Assembly (NCBI GenBank): GCA_012295275.1
Contig: CM022670.1
Location: 19,282,001-19,346,000 of the forward strand
Source of the DNA: Chrysomallon squamiferum
Lineage: Eukaryota > Animalia > Mollusca
Direction: 5' to 3'
DNA: 64,000 nt
Part shown: positions 55,601-64,000 of the stretch, in pieces
Layout: every line of letters starts with the position of its first letter
Position numbering within the stretch: position 1 is the first letter of the stretch
Program-made: the position numbers and the translations under genes
Notes under the pieces: generated by a model
Database searches by the model: none
The model's input: only the letters and a program-made list of their open reading frames with translations
What the model was told of the DNA's origin: nothing

Positions 55601-58600
55601 CCACTGTTTGTTCAGTACAAATGGCACTAATCATATGAGAGGTCAAATACCACAGATTCTGTACTACAGGTAAATCAATTTTAATTTTGAAATTCATTAC
55701 TTTAAAAATTGAAAAAAGAAAAAAAATTCAAGAACTACTCAAGTATGCTTAACTTTTAATTATACATTTTTATCAAATATTTTATCAACTGTTTTGAAAT
55801 AAATTATTTACTGTATTTGTTCTTATTCGGCAAAATATTCCAAAATAGTTTTTTTTTATACATTTTTGCTTGATGGAACATTCTTTATAAGTCTTTATAT
55901 ATGAATGTTTCATTATTTAATATATTTTTAATATGTTTTTAATGATGTTATAATTACTAACAGCACACCACAGGATGGTGAAACCTATCAGCAAACAAAC
56001 AAGAATCTGGCAGAACTGCAGGCCAGGAAGAATGCTATTGATATCACTGGTGCTGTATGTCGAATGGCCACAGATCTTCTTCGCAGAGCTCACAGCTTGT
56101 CAAGTACAATTTCTATTTATTTACATTTTCTGCCCAGATATTATTAGATACATATTCTTTTTTTATTGATGATAAGTTAATCTCATATTATTAACTTTAA
56201 TATTTTTTAACAGTCATCTGTTTTATGAATATTAGTATCCAAACATAATATATAAATGTATGGTGAGATAATTTGGTATGAAAATGAAACAGGTATTGTA
56301 GCAGGGGACAGGATTGCATGAAGAAATGAACATTTACAAAATACATAACACTTTGTATAATAACAGTAAAATACAGTTGCTTATTCCATACTTTTTTTAC
56401 AGACATCAAAGTATTGGGATCGGGTATAGCTTAATGTTTTAAGACATGAGTGCAAGACTGAGTGCAAAACCAGTCATATTACAGTCATTAAAAGCTTTTA
56501 TTTAGCATTAATCATGTTTTAAATAATTTCAGTTATTTTCATATCATTATCGATGAACATTACTCATGCATATAAATGTCAAATCTGCAAATAACATGAA
56601 AAATAAATAATAAGCTTTAGTTGTAATTATTACATATATTGTAATGCAAAGTTTTATATAAATTTACTTTATAGTTGATGAAGTGGAAGAGATAATTGGC
56701 AAGTCAAATCTGTTCACATCACTTCTTCCTCTGCTGTTTGCTTATGTTGGTCCAATTGCAGCCCAGGATCCAAGGGTTTGTTTGCTTATTTTTTTATTTT
56801 TAAATTTGATATGCTTCACAGTTTTTGGTAAATCTTTTCTAATTGTAGTGAACTTTTGATTTCTAAGATTTCCCATATCTGATAGTAGTATCTAAAAATA
56901 TTGTTATGTAATGAATACATCTATTAGGATTAAAATATAGTTAACAGACCTATATGAAAATGTCTTTATTTTTGTTTCAGGGAGCTATTCAAGTGTTGTA
57001 CTTAATACTGGAGATTCTGCCTGCTGTTGTGTGTCTTACAAAGCAAATAGTGCCTGCCCCAATGAACACATCCTCAGTGTTTGAAAGCAGCATCAGTGAC
57101 CTGGGAACAACATCAGAACATTATGCTGTTGTAGAGAGTGATCATCCTTACAAACCAGCAAGTGTCGCTAACTACAAGGCAAGAATTTAGTGTTTTCAAA
57201 TAGAATCTTTTATTTTACATTTTATGTAATAGAAATTCTAAATAATATATATTTTTGTAGCTACCTGTATGTTTATTTCCACTGTTAAATGAGTAATATT
57301 AAAAATATTGAGGAATCTGCTGCTGTTTTTTAATTATTGTTAATTATGTTCTTTGTGGTAAACTGTAGGTTGAGTTTCCAGAATGTGTTCGCTGGATGGC
57401 CATTGAATTTGACAACCAGTGCGCTACATCTCAGGTTGAAGATGCACTACAGCTGTTTATTCCTGCCAGAGTACTAAGAAAGGCAACTCCTGACAATGTG
57501 GCAGTTGATGGCAGTAGTACAGAACAGGACATTGCATCTACACACTGGCCAGTATTGAAGAAATTCCATGGACAAAACTGCTGGCCCAAACAGGCAGTCA
57601 TTCTTCCAGGTTTGTCATTAGTAATAACATAGATATTTTCTTTTATATATTATTTATTTAAATCAATTACATTTTTAATTTAAAAAAAAAATGTTGATCT
57701 TAAGAAGAAATAATAGTGAATTTTTATTCCTTTTTCTTAGGAAATGAGGTAATCTTTTCCTTGGAAACAGCATCTGACTATGTGAAAGATGAGAAAGCAT
57801 CATGCTATGGATTTAAATGCATTGTCATAGGATATGACTTTGATGCCAAACCAGAGAGTGTAAGTAATGTTCAACATTTAGAACATAAATTAAATTGAAA
57901 TGAAAGATAGAATATAAGAAAAAAGCAAGAAAGAATGACAAAAAATAAAAATAAGGAAGATTAAAAGAAAGAAAAGTTTGCAAAGAGTCAGAATGTTGAC
58001 ACCAATCATTGCTAACTATGAAGTACTGCAATATTATAGAAAGTCTGCCCATTTCTCGTTGATCATGAATTTAAACAAACAAAAATAAGATTCTGCAGCA
58101 ACTAAATATACATTTTAACAGATTAAAAAATTATTTTCTCTCTCTTGTTTTTGTTTTTCCATTAGAGCATTCTGCAGCTAGAAAAGGAACTGGCTTATCT
58201 GGGAGGCATGTGTGCAGCAGCCCTTATGAGAAAAGACATCACTTTACCTCCAGGTTTATATACAGCATTACTAAATTTATTTTATAATTAATTATAAGAT
58301 GTATTTAAGTCAAAGAGGCTTGAATCAAACTTTGTGATAATTTGAAATTTTTATAATTTTTGACCATAATTGTATGTTAACTTGAAAATGGCTTTTATGA
58401 ACCAATCAGACTCATAAAATAACATTTATTAAATAATATATTCAATGGTTTTATAATTAGTAATTATTGTTATTTGTGATGTATTTTATATAAAAATGCT
58501 TCTTTTATCTTTATCTAATTAATATTATAAAATATTTCAGTTACCATTGAAGAACTGGATGATGAAATTGAAATAATAGAAGAAGGTGCTCAGTTGGTTA

Positions 58601-61600
58601 GTCATAGCATTTTATGTTTCTTTTAAATTGAATAATAAAAATATTTTCTAATAATTAATTACAACTATTAGTTATAATAATACCATTAAAAATTAATATC
58701 TAAATATGTTAAAATGTTTCAAAATTTGGATGCTTAAAAGAAATAAATAAATACAAAATAACTAGATATAAGTAGAATATATAAAATTTCAGTACATTAA
58801 TTCCAGGTTTATAATGCTCACTCCAATCTACTTGGAAAAGGATTTGCTCTGTCACAGCCACCAACAATCATCCAAGCCCTTGAAGGAAATTTACCATTCT
58901 GCTGGCAATCAAATGAAAGATCTTTTCTTAAGGATTATGTTGCTTGTACTGCTGGTACCAGTGGAGGAAGACTTGCCAGGTGAGTTTAAAGAATTAATTT
59001 GTAAAAAATAAGTTTTTACTCTTTACCACAACCATTTTGATTTATGTAAATTTAAAAAAAAAAGAATTTCAGGCATTTTAATATATTTTTAATTGGTCAG
59101 TTTTTATGAGTTCTAAATTGTTTCTTTACAAATTTATAGTGATTCATTCTGGGTATTAAAAATATAAACTTTATTTTACAATTTTAGAATACTTGGTCAC
59201 GTGTGCTTAAATAAAAGTCAATTATAATATGTGCATTATTGTTTTAGATTATTATAGAAATTCATTACCAGAACTTTAAATATTATGGGATGTTTTGTTA
59301 CAGATTTATGGTGGAGAATTTGTATCTAATTATTTGATTATTTTATTGATGATGTTAAATTAAAAATTGAAATGATAAATTCAGTGCAATTAATATAATA
59401 TTTCATTGTTTCAGATGGCTTCAGCCTGATTCCTATCTGGATCCTAAGCAGTGTGAGATTGTGTGTAACAAAGAGGAACTCAAGTGCAGCTGGCCTGCAG
59501 TAGTGACCATCTTAACAAAAGACCAATATGGAGATCTAGTGAATGTGCCAAATCTGAGGGTATGTTTGTGTTCACTTTCTTTCTTTCTTTTCTCTTTTTG
59601 CCTTAGCTCAGGATACGTCTATGACTGGCAATGCTTTCCTTGCTTTCTCTTTCTTTCTTTATCTGATTATTCAGGGGTTTTTTCTATCGTTCTTTCATAA
59701 TAAAGTCCACTGAATAATACTTAGGAAGTAAAATATAATGAATAGAGCGTCAGATGTATACAGAAATTCAGTTCTTGTTTTAATCTCTTTATATATATAA
59801 ATCAGGCAGTGTCATAAAAATGTTTGCTTTTGCTCAGTGTTATAAATTCTTTTTCTGGTCACAGTTCCTAAATACTGGTTGTATTGTTTTCAAATAAGTG
59901 TAGAAAAGAATTATCTAAATGATTTCAGATTGAGGTGAAGGCTATACCCATTGATCAGAAAGATTCCCTTGATGATTTGAAGAAGATGAGAAGAATCAGT
60001 CGACCAGATGAAGGGGATTTGACTTTTGGAGGGATGCCTCCTCCTTCACTTGAAACACCATATGAGTCCACAGTCAAAGACAGAAAAGATGTTTTCCATT
60101 CTATAACATTTATGAAGGTGTGTGTTATTAAATAAAAATTCAGAAATGATGTTAGCATTTTGCCTAATATTTTTGCCTAATACATTAATAGAAAACATAA
60201 CTAAAATGTTTAGTTGCGTGCTGTTTCATTTTTCCTTTTTTTAAAAATAAAATAAAAATTTTATAGGTCAGAAAGTTCTTTCATTTCCAACTGTAAAATC
60301 AACAAGTATTTAAAATTAATTATGCCATTAAATTGCAATAAATTATTTAAATTTAATTATTAATTTTTATTTTTTTTGAATATATGCTAAAATGTATTAA
60401 TTTTCTGATCACTTTGATGATTCTCCATATTTGTATCAGTTTGGATATTAGACTTTGAAGTACCTTTTATAAAATGTTTTACATTTGCTTACCAGGCCTA
60501 TGAAAACTACTCATTTGAAGAACTGAGGTTTGCAGCTCCTGCAGTTCCTAGACCAAGTGAGAACATGTTGGTTAAAAGTAACAATGATGGAACATACAGT
60601 GCAAACTGGACTCCAGGCTGTGTGGGTTTCTACAACATCCACTCAACAATAGATGGCTTTGATACAGGTATGTTAGATTTAGAATATTGCTGATAAAAGT
60701 AATTTAGGTAATTAACAGTAAATTTAATGTTTGTACTTAGATTCTTTTTTCTGATTTGACTTGAAAGAAATACAGAACACCAGGCTTTACATTGGTAGTG
60801 TTTTTATTATCTTTGTATGTGTGTTTTATGCATGTATAAATGATTTAAATGTAAAAAAAATTATATATGTAGGAGGTGGTTACAAGGTTGAAGTGAAAGA
60901 ACCACCACAAGGTGTACCTCCACCATCTCAGAGTACCAAGAAAATACATCAGCCAAACAGAGTGAGTTTTAAGATTTACTGTTTTATAAATGATGTTTAC
61001 ATTTATTAAGTAAATTAATATAGATTTCTTATAAAACATAACATCAGTTTTAATTTAAGATATGGCACATTTTAGGTGAAACACTAGAAATGTTTGTAGT
61101 ATATACATTTTCATCTTTCCTTCCTTTCTTTCATTATTATTTAATTATAATGTAACATAAAATATCTTGTCATTTTATTTACAGATGAGAAAATTTGTTG
61201 GCAAATCTAGTGCTGGATTAAGAGTGAGAGTTCACCCAACACTGCAAAGTGAACAGATTGGAATTGTTAAGCCTGAAGGGGTTATTTCATTTATTGATGA
61301 AGTAAGTTGTAATCAGTTTTTTACACCAATATTATTTTGTCACTAAACTTATCTGCAGCTCTAAAGAAAGTAAAAGAAAATCATGGATGACATTTCAGTT
61401 AAGTAAATTTAGTGTAAGTGATATGTTACTGAAAATTTAGTGCTGAAAAAACATATGTATGGTCATTGTTTAATTTCCCAAAAAGGTCAGAAAGATGCTT
61501 ATCTGTATTATCTGTCTCTTATAATTTATTATACACACAATTATATTTTTTTTTCTTTCAGCAATTATAATGAATTCTTGCTTATAGAATCACCTTATAG

Positions 61601-62714
61601 CAGTACCTGAAATGCTTAAAAATATTTTATCTTTAAATTTGTTTTTCATATAGCTTTTATCTTCTTTAGATTCACAATGACGATGGTGTGTGGGTGCGCC
61701 TAGGCCAGGATAGCATAACTGAGTGGTGTGTCAATGGGTATTCAGAAGCCTGGTGTCTGCAGTATAATCAGCACCTTGGAAAAACACTTCTTGTCCCAGT
61801 GCAGGAACCGAAATCAATCATTGATGAAATAGTCAAAGAACAGATTGTGCGGAAGAATCCAGACCATCTGAGGGAAGCAGCAAAACCACACAAAGGTTAA
61901 TAACTTCAGTAATTGAATGCATTGATAAAAAAGCAGAACAGAATCTTTTAATTTATAGTCACTTTGCTTCTATTTGTATTCTTAGCAGTAACTTACTTTT
62001 GTTTTTATTTTTTTAATATTTAAATTTTATTACAGACTTCATTTATAATTTTTGTTTGTTTTTAAATGAAGGTCCTGGAATATATCAAGTAGTCAAGTGT
62101 GGATCATTTGGACATAACATCCGAAGCAAACCAAGTCTAAAGTCTACACCAATAGGCATGATCACCCTTAACAAGAAGGTGTATGCAACAGAGGATGTAA
62201 GAATATATTTGTGTAATGAAGAAAATGTATATAGCAAAATTTTTTTTAAATTATAGGATATGAAATAAGAATAGAAATATTAATGATTCCAAATAAAATA
62301 CAAAGAAAAAAATTAAGTTCCTTAAAATAGTTTTATTTACAGAAATAAATATATAGAATTTATATTGATAAATTATGTGTTTATCAATTTTATGTGTTGT
62401 TAAAACAAGCAATACATAACTTTTCACTCTACTGACATTTGCATTACAGGTTACAAATGCTGATGGAACGTGGATAAAACTGGACACAGAAAGCATAGAG
62501 GAGTACTGTGATTCTGCTGTTTCAGAGGCATGGACATTGTGTATGAGCAAAGACCACATTTATTACCTGCAGCACGAAAGTGATTTGGGTCTTGGAGGCA
62601 GGGATCCATTTTCTTTCAGCACATTGCCATCCACAAGCACCAGAGGATTTGATTTCTCAGCAGCACATCATCACCAGTCAGCAGTGTTTCCTTCTTTTGG
62701 AGAGAAAAATGAAG
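33905..62714 (+). CDS. MYCBP2: E3 ubiquitin ligase MYCBP2/PHR (Highwire/RPM-1 orthologue), multi-exon, 5' part; continues beyond right edge
   Basis: 56 exons with mutually consistent phases (7828 nt). They encode RCC1-like repeats, a Cys-rich insert, PHR1 (NRFDSHGGGWGYSGHSVEAVRF...NNGTDVNAGQIPQLLY), PHR2 (NRFTRTSQGAYWNTGNGSPDA...RGQIPQILYY), the YSFEELR RAE1-binding motif and the AGLRVRVHPTLQSEQIG segment. Confidence 0.96.
34553..34605. repeat. (GT)n microsatellite (others at ~1908-1942, 6368-6401, 32327-32354, 37893-37918, 47701-47720)
   Basis: Direct reading. Confidence 0.95.
35346..35412 (+). CDS. MYCBP2: MYCBP2 exon 2 (Lys-rich)
   Basis: tttgcag acceptor; KKTEKKKTKKKSKGKVKERTKK; phase fits. 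Confidence 0.8.
35762..35992 (+). CDS. MYCBP2: MYCBP2 exon 3 (GC donor)
   Basis: ELHQNASLFNVYATVRQSVLE...RIPK; AAG|GCAAGA. Confidence 0.85.
36582..36735 (+). CDS. MYCBP2: MYCBP2 exon 4
   Basis: IVGLGLNGVFELVRET...LQGQQPEG. Confidence 0.9.
37110..37290. repeat. Mixed (CA/TA)n low-complexity tract
   Basis: Direct reading; source of spurious ORFs. Confidence 0.85.
37377..37573 (+). CDS. MYCBP2: MYCBP2 exon 5
   Basis: LTSLACSALISLTISLGNTGKLLQAI. Confidence 0.9.
38234..38372 (+). CDS. MYCBP2: MYCBP2 exon 6
   Basis: VPGILSLLQKSVYAVLLGK. Confidence 0.9.
38544..38656 (+). CDS. MYCBP2: MYCBP2 exon 7
   Basis: ASDGRYLY...KVGSGFGGTVK; TAGTAG tandem acceptor (alternative start 38547). Confidence 0.88.
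39037..39096 (+). CDS. MYCBP2: MYCBP2 exon 8
   Basis: GHIYNHEEDFSLKVWLAFSG; AG/GTAAGT. Confidence 0.85.
39430..39523 (+). CDS. MYCBP2: MYCBP2 exon 9
   Basis: GKLLCRSD...NTDTLE; phase fits. Confidence 0.85.
39785..39849 (+). CDS. MYCBP2: MYCBP2 exon 10
   Basis: VLFSDGVSIGQIA. Confidence 0.87.
40089..40233 (+). CDS. MYCBP2: MYCBP2 exon 11
   Basis: DSFVVRTF...EIPLKLTRRC. Confidence 0.88.
40468..40544 (+). CDS. MYCBP2: MYCBP2 exon 12
   Basis: TGFDEDTSSILTGKDFALVKTVGGK. Confidence 0.9.
40780..40990 (+). CDS. MYCBP2: MYCBP2 exon 13 (RCC1-like domain)
   Basis: YTGKASSLGIKQGGPSPGKW...GHDGQHAL. Confidence 0.92.
41158..41325 (+). CDS. MYCBP2: MYCBP2 exon 14
   Basis: RRQPKPVKPKK...ACNSGSSAVVTKDGDVYMFGKD. 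Confidence 0.92.
42038..42104 (+). mobile_element. SINE-like 3' end fragment with (TTCA)n-type tail
   Basis: TTTGATACCCAATAGCCGAT...GCTGGGGTGTCATTAAAC...ATTCATTCA. A decayed inverse copy lies at ~2674-2728. Confidence 0.5.
42170..42325 (+). CDS. MYCBP2: MYCBP2 exon 15
   Basis: TQIALGKAH...YGINNKGQCGRD (RCC1 repeat). Confidence 0.92.
42583..42651 (+). CDS. MYCBP2: MYCBP2 exon 16
   Basis: NMAEEEEEAETEESLCPP. Confidence 0.87.
43047..43158 (+). CDS. MYCBP2: MYCBP2 exon 17
   Basis: HRWKHDQCMVCVVCGECTGYG. Confidence 0.92.
43455..43612 (+). CDS. MYCBP2: MYCBP2 exon 18
   Basis: CGCGIGDAGCAVCGVCSSC...LPLDILI. Confidence 0.92.
43865..43975 (+). CDS. MYCBP2: MYCBP2 exon 19
   Basis: ARHDVRHIEQLGRKVEQQQIKLRK; symmetric phase 1. 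Confidence 0.78.
43946..44140 (+). repeat. Degenerate ~55-bp tandem repeat spanning the exon 19 donor
   Basis: AAAAAC..AAA...GAAAAAGCAAAG.GG(T/C)AGTTATTATGTT.ATATATT in 3-4 progressively decayed copies. Confidence 0.7.
44230..44349 (+). CDS. MYCBP2: MYCBP2 exon 20
   Basis: EKEYPKLVSLLP...SQIACGQHHT. Confidence 0.9.
44635..44716 (+). CDS. MYCBP2: MYCBP2 exon 21
   Basis: LLQNGDVYTFGSNHQGQLGQGD. Confidence 0.92.
45187..45301 (+). CDS. MYCBP2: MYCBP2 exon 22
   Basis: QIAAGSHHTVILLASGQVFTCGNFQ. Confidence 0.92.
45673..45763 (+). CDS. MYCBP2: MYCBP2 exon 23
   Basis: KGSLGR...WYAVARPVPGV. Confidence 0.88.
46095..46226 (+). CDS. MYCBP2: MYCBP2 exon 24
   Basis: RATWIGASGDQTYMRIDESLIN. Confidence 0.92.
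46610..46688 (+). CDS. MYCBP2: MYCBP2 exon 25
   Basis: MKCLMIQKADGSCK. Confidence 0.9.
46878..46952 (+). CDS. MYCBP2: MYCBP2 exon 26
   Basis: FSDPDQADL...CMDPVYDVLW. Confidence 0.9.
47315..47484 (+). CDS. MYCBP2: MYCBP2 exon 27
   Basis: SPEIAVP...SRSHCALHML. Confidence 0.9.
47798..47923 (+). CDS. MYCBP2: MYCBP2 exon 28
   Basis: CLDTL...KEDYSVVNRFD. Confidence 0.92.
48165..48292 (+). CDS. MYCBP2: MYCBP2 exon 29 (PHR1)
   Basis: HGGGWGYSGHSVEAVRF...GLFGGRGEY. Confidence 0.94.
48543..48634 (+). CDS. MYCBP2: MYCBP2 exon 30 (PHR1)
   Basis: FELGIDGGENETDGELLAETD. Confidence 0.92.
48896..49030 (+). CDS. MYCBP2: MYCBP2 exon 31 (PHR1)
   Basis: WYVAWARISGPSSDCG. Confidence 0.94.
49428..49511 (+). 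CDS. MYCBP2: MYCBP2 exon 32 (PHR1)
   Basis: FKSSKKSNNGTDVNAGQIPQLLY. Confidence 0.94.
49843..49939 (+). CDS. MYCBP2: MYCBP2 exon 33
   Basis: LPSRD...HILSQDFSHSVTP. Confidence 0.88.
50176..50368 (+). CDS. MYCBP2: MYCBP2 exon 34
   Basis: LLQLLEWGWTT...KACLRLIKIYINEVYP. Confidence 0.9.
50527..50801 (+). CDS. MYCBP2: MYCBP2 exon 35
   Basis: ECHETFKSCFHAFYPTGNLKWWCLCDLL. Confidence 0.92.
51575..51610 (+). CDS. MYCBP2: Candidate alternative 36-nt exon of MYCBP2 (ILEFSPNKPVKK)
   Basis: ccctcctgatttgcag acceptor, AAG|GTTTGT donor, phase 0/0 matching flanking exons, no stop. Confidence 0.5.
52108..52119 (+). CDS. MYCBP2: Candidate 12-nt microexon of MYCBP2 (CKFL)
   Basis: ttcttttttcatttcag acceptor, GTGAGT donor, phase 0/0. 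Confidence 0.5.
53159..53389 (+). CDS. MYCBP2: MYCBP2 exon 36
   Basis: GRLLAAVMEALCHPAVKLTSIMPI. Confidence 0.92.
53808..54002 (+). CDS. MYCBP2: MYCBP2 exon 37
   Basis: FKEVLDHLLMIVALPVR...ISELAASA. Confidence 0.92.
54115..54382 (+). mobile_element. Decayed Tc1/mariner (pogo/Tigger-type) non-autonomous DNA element
   Basis: TA|CAGG...CTG|TA ends. The 5' end CAGGCTGAAGATCCCTTATC, the interior AACATGAAATCCATTTA...TACAGATAGCTTGCAAGTATTTTA and the subterminal AAAAAGCTTCAGATTTTGGA resemble Tigger4/MER46 as I recall it; not database-verified. Confidence 0.55.
54527..54730 (+). CDS. MYCBP2: MYCBP2 exon 38 (PHR2)
   Basis: NRFTRTSQGAYWNTGNGSPDAVAFSVDRPG. Confidence 0.94.
54986..55123 (+). CDS. MYCBP2: MYCBP2 exon 39 (PHR2)
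   Basis: HRWNSLEVVRGTY...DIAEIKFDRPVPLK. Confidence 0.92.
55491..55669 (+). CDS. MYCBP2: MYCBP2 exon 40 (PHR2)
   Basis: ENVKYALKLKNYGPRTLNGDGG...RGQIPQILYY. Confidence 0.94.
55964..56103 (+). CDS. MYCBP2: MYCBP2 exon 41
   Basis: open frame ending ATDLLRRAHSLS; phase fits. Confidence 0.85.
56675..56775 (+). CDS. MYCBP2: MYCBP2 exon 42
   Basis: LFTSLLPLLFAYVGPIAAQDPR. Confidence 0.9.
56981..57178 (+). CDS. MYCBP2: MYCBP2 exon 43 (GC donor)
   Basis: HYAVVESDHPYKPASVANYK; AAG|GCAAGA. Confidence 0.9.
57369..57609 (+). CDS. MYCBP2: MYCBP2 exon 44
   Basis: VEFPECVRWMAIEFD...WPKQAVILP. Confidence 0.92.
57741..57859 (+). CDS. MYCBP2: MYCBP2 exon 45
   Basis: FSLETASDYVKDEKASCYGFKC. Confidence 0.92.
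58166..58253 (+). CDS. MYCBP2: MYCBP2 exon 46
   Basis: QLEKELAYLGGMCAAALMRKD. Confidence 0.92.
58541..58596 (+). CDS. MYCBP2: MYCBP2 exon 47
   Basis: EELDDEIEIIEEGAQL. Confidence 0.87.
58807..58979 (+). CDS. MYCBP2: MYCBP2 exon 48
   Basis: HSNLLGKGFALS...GTSGGRLA. Confidence 0.92.
59415..59559 (+). CDS. MYCBP2: MYCBP2 exon 49
   Basis: WLQPDSY...TKDQYGDLVNVPNLR. Confidence 0.92.
59929..60117 (+). CDS. MYCBP2: MYCBP2 exon 50
   Basis: EVKAIPI...TFGGMPPP...ITFMK. Confidence 0.9.
60496..60667 (+). CDS. MYCBP2: MYCBP2 exon 51 (RAE1-binding motif)
   Basis: YENYSFEELRFA...RPSENMLVKSNNDGTYSANWTPG. Confidence 0.94.
60873..60961 (+). CDS. MYCBP2: MYCBP2 exon 52
   Basis: VEVKEPPQGVPPP. Confidence 0.88.
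61185..61301 (+). CDS. MYCBP2: MYCBP2 exon 53
   Basis: RKFVGKSSAGLRVRVHPTLQSEQIGIV. Confidence 0.93.
61670..61895 (+). CDS. MYCBP2: MYCBP2 exon 54
   Basis: IHNDDGVWVRL...EAWCLQYNQHLGKTLLVPV. Confidence 0.93.
62072..62196 (+). CDS. MYCBP2: MYCBP2 exon 55
   Basis: PGIYQVVKCGSFGHNIRS. Confidence 0.92.
62450..62714 (+). CDS. MYCBP2: MYCBP2 exon 56
   Basis: VTNADGTWIKLD...EAWTL...YLQHE; donor GTTAGT 62715. Confidence 0.9.
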
Positions 62715-63202
62715 GTTAGTATTTCTGTTTGTTTCTTTCAAAAATCTAATTAAAAAAAATGGAAGTGTCTAAAATTTGAATTATGTGATTTTGTTGGATA
62801 AAATAAAACTGATTGAAACTTCAACAAGGATGAATTTTTAAAACCTGACTTTAAAGATTAGTAGAAGAGACCATGGATTTCTGAATATAGTGTGTAAATG
62901 AAGACAACAATTTTGGAGCAAACAATAAAAAAATGAAGGCATGGAAGAGGCTACTGTTGGCAAAACCTTAGACTTATATGGTATCTGTTGAAATTAAAAC
63001 ATTCTAATTACAATTTTATTTCTTAGTTTCTTGGATTGTTTATTGACAAAAATGGATTTATGATCATTAATAAAATAAAGCCATTCAGTAGGTGTATAAT
63101 CTTGGAAAGCTTAAAATATAAAAGTTTTAAAATAAGACACATTGACTTGATGATAAAGTGGTTTTATTGAAAGACCATTGTAATGGATGTATTTATTTCC
63201 AG

Positions 63203-63229
63203 TATTTACAGATGATGACCACCCAGAAG
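63203..63229 (+). CDS. MYCBP2: Candidate 27-nt (or 18-nt from 63212) microexon of MYCBP2 (VFTDDDHPE)
   Basis: tttatttccag acceptor, AAG|GTAATA donor, phase 1/1 continuing exon 56. Confidence 0.6.
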
Positions 63230-64000
63230 GTAATATGCTGCTGTGATTTTTCAATAATTTCATGATGAAAAAAACAGCATCATAATTAATTTATTTCCAC
63301 AGTAACATATATTCACAGTTAATATAAACTGAACTCATTATATATTACATTTTATGTTTATTTAGTTTGCAGCATGTGCCTCTCAGTATAAAGTGAATTC
63401 TGTTTGGTTATGGTTATCAAAATCTCTAATATTTTTAGTAAGAAATAAAATTCATAAAGTTAAAAATTCCAGTGAAGCTTTGAATAAAGTCTGTCTGTGC
63501 CTGTGTATCTTGTTCATTATTTGTACATTTTTATTCTTTCTCTGTTTCTCTGAAAAACTGAAACTGATACATACCATACCTACCTATTTTACAGAATAGT
63601 ATGAAATAAAAATTAATGAAGATAACTATTGCCATAAGAGTAGCATTAAAGAATAAAATCAAAAAAAAAAATGTTAAAATCAACAAATGATTATTTTTTT
63701 CATAATGAAATGGTAGTTTTTTTTAGTTTTACTTGTATATTGCAAATTGTTTATTTTCATGGGGTAAATTGGGGATAGGTGGGTATATGGATCTTAACAT
63801 CTGTATTGTCACTAAAATGGCTATATATGACTTGTAATATGTTTAATGTAATACATAACACATTATAGCTTAAACAAACTGAGTACATTATAACTTAGTT
63901 ACTTTATTTTATAACAGCAGTAATAAATACATATATAGTTTTCAGTAAACCTTAATGAAAGTAACATTTTTCTCATATTTTATTGACCCCTTTCCCCAAT

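Overview
AT-rich metazoan genomic DNA, probably a lophotrochozoan and possibly a gastropod (inferred from decayed repeat fragments, low confidence). Two very large genes lie head-to-head about 3.5 kb apart. Minus strand: the ~5.2 kb first coding exon of a Fat/FAT4-type atypical cadherin (30423->25229; signal peptide plus ~16 cadherin repeats). It is broken by one 1-nt homopolymer frameshift at 27284-27288 and followed by an intron of more than 25 kb that runs off the left edge. Plus strand: the 5' part of a PHR-family E3 ubiquitin ligase gene (MYCBP2/Highwire/RPM-1). I traced 56 phase-consistent exons from ATG 33905 to 62714 (7828 nt, ~2609 aa: RCC1-like domain, two PHR domains, RAE1-binding motif), and the gene continues past the right edge. 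The intergenic region is CpG-rich against a CpG-depleted background and carries CRE and ZNF143/Staf-type motifs. The most notable observations are candidate 12/27/36-nt microexons, two identical GC-AG donors, a tandemly amplified splice donor, a Tigger4-like MITE, a deletion-riddled tandem duplication, and a possibly ancient Fat4-MYCBP2 linkage. I found no CRISPR arrays, rRNA or intact tRNA, and no clearly new biological system that the sequence alone can establish.
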